From NCBI GenBank assembly GCA_032718475.1, contig JAUCBJ010007923.1, positions 1 through 37,003 of the forward strand: a stretch of 37,003 nt of DNA, given 5' to 3'. Below, piece after piece: positions 33,044 to 37,003 of this stretch. Position numbers and translations under genes: made by a program. Under the pieces are notes generated by a model. The model saw only the letters and a program-made list of their open reading frames with translations. It made no database searches and was not told the DNA's origin. The stretch comes from Nemertoderma westbladi. Lineage: Eukaryota; Animalia; Xenacoelomorpha. Position 1 is the first letter of the stretch. The number at the start of each line of letters is the position of its first letter.

Positions 33044-34075
33044 GAGTAGGGTTTGAATCCGTGACCATCCGTGTTACCCACTTTTTATAATTGCATTAGT
33101 AGGACTCGAACCCTGGTTTAACTTATTTTGTGTTGGTTTTATAATGGTCGCGAGTAGGGCTTGAACCCGTGACCTTCTATTTATTTTCCATAAAACGGGA
33201 TACGAGAAGGGGTCGAACCTGCGAGCATATATTTTTCCTATTTTGTGTTTAGTTTAGTTACTCTAGTTATTCTATGTTTACTTTTTATATTTTCATGATT
33301 AGGATTCGAACCCTGGTTTATCTTATTTTGTGTTGGTTTTATAATGGTCGCGAGTAGGGATTGAACCTATGACCTCCTGTTTATTTTCCATAAAAACGGG
33401 ATATGAGTAGGGATTGAGCCCGTGACCTTCTGTTTTTCCTATTTTATGTTTAGTTTAGTTACTCTAGTTATTCTATGTTTACTTTATTTTGTGTTGGTTT
33501 TATATTGGTCGCGAGTAGGGATTGAACCCGTGACCATCTGTTTATCCTATTTTATGTTTACTTTTTATATTTTTCCATAAAACGGGATACGAGAAGGGGT
33601 CGAACCTATGACCATCTGTTTATCATATTTTGTGTTTAGTTTAGTTACTCTATGTTAAAGTGAATTTTCACATTATATTTTCATGATTAGGATTCGAACC
33701 CTGGTTTAACTTATTTTGTGTTGGATTTATAATGGTCGCGAGTAGGGATTGAACCTATGACCTCCTGTTTATTTTCCATAAAACGGGATACGAGTAGGGA
33801 TTGAGCCCGTGACCTTCTGTTTTTCCTATTTTGTGTTTAGTTTAGTTACTCTAGTTATTCTATGTTTACTTTTTATATTTTCATGATTAGGATTCGAACC
33901 CTGGTTTAACTTATTTTGTGTTGGATTTATAATGGTCGCGAGTAGGGATTGAACCTATGACCTCCTGTTTATTTTCCATAAAACGGGATACGAGTAGGGA
34001 TTGAGCCCGTGACCTTCTGTTTTTCCTATTTTGTGTTTAGTTTAGTTACTCTATGTTAAAGTGAATTTTCACATT
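33044..34075 (-). repeat. Array of 15 tRNA T-arm/B-box-like units, ~200-bp higher-order period
   Basis: Minus-strand GG(T/C)TC(G/A)A cores near 33044, 33101, 33146, 33197, 33301, 33346, 33398, 33507, 33584, 33689, 33734, 33785, 33889, 33934, 33985. Confidence 0.9.
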
Positions 34076-34259
34076 ATATTTGTGTTAAATTATAAATTTA
34101 TGTTACAATTATTATCTATAATATAAAAAACAGAAATATTCGAGTTATATTGCATATGAGCAATAAATTACAATATACGAGCTGTTAATTTTTCTTATTC
34201 TTACTAAACAAATGTTAATCTTCAAGTCAGTCCTTATTGGATCGAACTACAGTATAATA

Positions 34260-34886
34260 ATGAGTGGGCCTATAGATGTACGGTTTAGGTTTGGTGCCAC
34301 AATGTTAATGGCTGGCCCTTCTGGCAGTGGTAAAACTACATATTTGGAGCAAATATTACAAAATAGCAAGCAAATTTTTGACGCGCAACCATCAGAGATT
34401 ATTTGGATATATGGGCAAACTAAACCGATTGTGAAAGGTGTCAATATTACTACCTTAAATGAAATTCCGGAACACTTTAATCAAAATGTAAAAAGACAGA
34501 GTGTGATTATATTCGATGATTTAATGTCTGAGCTAGAGAATTCAAAGCAAATAACAATTTTATTTACCAAAGTCGCGCGCCATTCGCATTCTTTTGTTAT
34601 TTTTTTAACGCAAAACCTATTTCAGAAAGGAGGGGAAGCACGTACTCGATCTATTAACTCTACCTATTTTTTACTATTTAAGAATCCGCGTGATTTAACG
34701 CAGATCAGAACCTTAGCCTATCAGATGAACCCAAATAATCCAAAATTTTTAATTAGCGCTTACCACGACGTTACACAGCAAGCATTCAATCCGCTTTTAA
34801 TCGACTTTCATCAACAGACTCCAGAAAATCTGCGGATAAGGGCTAATCTATTCACGATGGAACATTGTGTTTATCAGCCTTTGTAA
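34260..34886 (+). CDS. A32/FtsK-like DNA packaging ATPase
   Basis: Walker A GPSGSGKT, Walker B IIFDD, ARH, LTQN, FKNPRD. Alternative start 34212. Confidence 0.93.
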   Translation: MSGPIDVRFRFGATMLMAGPSGSGKTTYLEQILQNSKQIFDAQPSEIIWIYGQTKPIVKGVNITTLNEIPEHFNQNVKRQSVIIFDDLMSELENSKQITILFTKVARHSHSFVIFLTQNLFQKGGEARTRSINSTYFLLFKNPRDLTQIRTLAYQMNPNNPKFLISAYHDVTQQAFNPLLIDFHQQTPENLRIRANLFTMEHCVYQPL

Positions 34887-34998
34887 TATTCGTAAAAATG
34901 TTATTGTTGCCAATTGTCTGCTATTTAATAATAGTTTATCTTTATTTGTTATACTATACCAAAAAAATTCTTCTTGTTATGCGTATTCTAGAGCAGTT

Positions 34999-35340
34999 AT
35001 GGATCTCAATATACGAAAACATAGGAAAGAATTAACATTCCTGAGAAATAGTAGCGCGGTTGCAAGAGGATTTTTTATACGACATAAAGCAAGCAACGAG
35101 TTGATTCGCCTTCTTGTTAATGTGACTCTAAATACTCTATTCGGAAATTTGCATATCAATAATCGAATTTTAAAGAAATTAGCACCCTTTAAAAATAATA
35201 TGCGTAAACTGAAAGCAAAAAAATCATTAACCTTTCAACGTAAAACACTATCTCAATTTGGCGGATTTTTGCCACTTTTATTGCCCCTGTTGCTTGGTGC
35301 CACAGAAATCGCAACAACCGTAGCTACCGCGCTTACGTGA
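34999..35340 (+). CDS. Basic virion core protein precursor, adenovirus pX-like C-terminus
   Basis: Lys/Arg-rich, then QFGG|FLPLLLPLLLGA resembling an adenain-type cleavage site plus hydrophobic helix. Confidence 0.7.
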   Translation: MDLNIRKHRKELTFLRNSSAVARGFFIRHKASNELIRLLVNVTLNTLFGNLHINNRILKKLAPFKNNMRKLKAKKSLTFQRKTLSQFGGFLPLLLPLLLGATEIATTVATALT

Positions 35341-35537
35341 TGTCTTTTAAAAAATTATATTTAGTAACACCCGAACAATATAATATAATAAAGTCAAAAA
35401 CAACTCCATTTTCCCAAAAAATAAAAACAACCAAAAAAAGAACGGTCATAAAAAGTCGAAATAGGCAAACAATAAACGAAAGAAAAGGAAGGGTGTTGAG
35501 GTTATTCGATTACACCCGAAAGAGTAGATATATATAA
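35340..35537 (+). CDS. Small basic hypothetical Polinton protein
   Basis: ATG overlaps the previous TGA; MSFKKLYLVTPEQY start, basic composition. Confidence 0.5.
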   Translation: MSFKKLYLVTPEQYNIIKSKTTPFSQKIKTTKKRTVIKSRNRQTINERKGRVLRLFDYTRKSRYI

Positions 35538-35612
35538 TGTCATGGATAAAAAGATTAACGGTAACCTGTAACCTTCATTGTCTATGTAATTCTAGAACAG
35601 TTAGTAATAGCT

Positions 35613-36681
35613 ATGACGAGCAAGATTGTGGACCGCAAGTTACGCAAAATTTACTACAGCGTTTCAAATGTTGCGGGATTTTCAAGTCAAAAAAAACTAA
35701 GTACTGCAACAAAAATCAAACCAGCTATAGTCAAAAAATGGTTGCAAGGTGAATCTAATTACACTCTACATGCACCGGCGCGAAAACATTTCCCTACGAG
35801 TCGCATGTATTTTTATGGTATAAGCGACACAATTCAAGTGGATCTGATTGATATGCAACAACATTGGGAAACAAATTCTGATTATGGATATATTTTGACC
35901 GCAATAAACTGCTTTAGTAAGCGTGGATGGGCTTTACCCCTGAAACGAAAAACGGGAAAAGAAATTAAGCGTGTTCTAGAAACAATATTTAATGATGAAA
36001 CACCTAGAAATTTGTGTACAGATCAAGGCTTGGAATTTGATAATAAACTGGTTTTGGATTATTTGAAACTAAAAAAGGTGAGGTACTATACAACCCGGTC
36101 TCAATTTAAGGCTGCAATCTGCGAAAGATTTAATAGAACTCTGAAAACGAAAATGTTCAAAATATTTAATCGACGCAAAAATTTTAAATGGCTTAAAATA
36201 TTGCCGGAAATACTAGTAGCCTATAATAAATCGAAACATCGTTCAATTGGTATGGCACCGTTACATGTAAATAAAACAAATGAGGATAAAGTACGTAAAA
36301 AACTATATGGAGACCTCTCTAAAATTAAAGTTTCCCCTCCAGTCTTTAAAATAGGAGACAGTGTGAGGTTAAATATTTCTAAAAATAAATTTGAGAAAGG
36401 TTATATTCAAGGTTGGACAACGGAAATTTTCACAATCGCGAGGATAAGAATGGATAGATTCCCGATCGCAATGTATCATGTAAAAGACGCCCGGCGTGGG
36501 CCGTGAGATTGAGGGAAGCTTCTACCCAGAAGAAATTCAGAGAGTTCAGCAAAAGAGCAACATATTAGCAATCGATAACATAGTAAAATCGAGAAACAGA
36601 GGAGCCGAGCTGGAATATCTTGTTAAATTTAAAGGTTATAAGCGCGCAACCTGGATAAAACAGTCTCAACTACGGAAATAG
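35613..36681 (+). CDS. Retroviral-like DDE integrase with C-terminal chromodomain (frameshift ~36495)
   Basis: QVDLIDM, TDQGLEF, ERFNRTLK, KGYIQGWTTEIF; +1 frame continues EIEGSFYPEEIQ...EYLVKFKGY...TWI. Confidence 0.92.
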
Positions 36682-36684
36682 ATA

Positions 36685-37003
36685 ATGATGGATACTTATA
36701 TAAGCCTATTCTGTAATGGGCCAACTGAAAAGTTTCCAGGGAATACATTGGCCAAATTTACAAATGACTTACCATATACGTTAATTCTGAGTGAAAACAT
36801 GGAAGTGGGACTGAGTGAGATACAGTATTCTAGTTCTTTCTATAATTTAGTCGAAGAATCTCAATTTATTGTTTATCGAGATATTCATCAGTCAACTATA
36901 ATAAATTTCATGCCGGGTTTATATGGGAGCATAGAAGCTATAGTGGATCGAATAAATAGAGAAAATGATCACCCCTCCCTACCAGAATTAATTTATTTAA
37001 AGT
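36685..37003 (+). CDS. Minor capsid (penton) protein, 3'-partial
   Basis: Not in the ORF track; manual translation MMDTYISLFCNGPTEKFPGNTLAKFTNDLPYTLILSENMEVGLSEIQY...PGLYGSIEAIVDRIN fits the Polinton penton N-terminal pattern; open to the window edge. Confidence 0.85.
   Translation, partial: MMDTYISLFCNGPTEKFPGNTLAKFTNDLPYTLILSENMEVGLSEIQYSSSFYNLVEESQFIVYRDIHQSTIINFMPGLYGSIEAIVDRINRENDHPSLPELIYLK

Larger units (their letters stand above)
25775..37003 (+). mobile_element. Polinton/Maverick (adintovirus-like), left ~11 kb
   Basis: AGTAGTAG terminus interrupting the LINE; pPolB, A32-like ATPase, retroviral-like integrase, minor capsid protein. Confidence 0.95.

Noticed and set aside
33044-34075. 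CRISPR array
   Set aside because: Spacers are themselves repeated, there are three unit types, no cas genes, and the context is eukaryotic.
35537-35752. 71-aa Cys-rich ORF overlapping integrase
   Set aside because: TAATG coupling is suggestive, but there is no recognisable motif and it is mostly an alternate frame of integrase; unsupported.

Overview
Eukaryotic (probably invertebrate animal) region made almost entirely of nested mobile elements; no recognisable host gene. (1) 1-~10124, + strand: a 5'-truncated Bel/Pao LTR retrotransposon with an intact gag-pol ORF, an apparently spliced triple-CCHC accessory ORF and a putative 3' LTR. (2) ~11448-18500, - strand: a second, defective Bel/Pao element with a 2.2-kb internal duplication. 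(3) ~19300-23950: palindromes, tRNA-derived SINE-like units and Helitron-like repeats. (4) ~23960-25774: a degenerate LINE ORF2 cut off by (5) 25775-end, the left part of a Polinton/Maverick (adintovirus-like) element: AGTAGTAG terminus, ~300-bp fold-back, spliced leader, protein-primed DNA polymerase B, packaging ATPase, pX-like protein, chromodomain integrase and start of the minor capsid gene. The most striking observation lies between the Polinton replication and virion modules: a divergent TATA-binding-protein-like gene followed directly by a ~1-kb array, ~200-bp period, of 15 co-oriented tRNA T-arm/B-box-like units, suggesting an element-encoded TBP plus TFIIIC/Pol III cis-array. All calls are by eye; no database searches were run.
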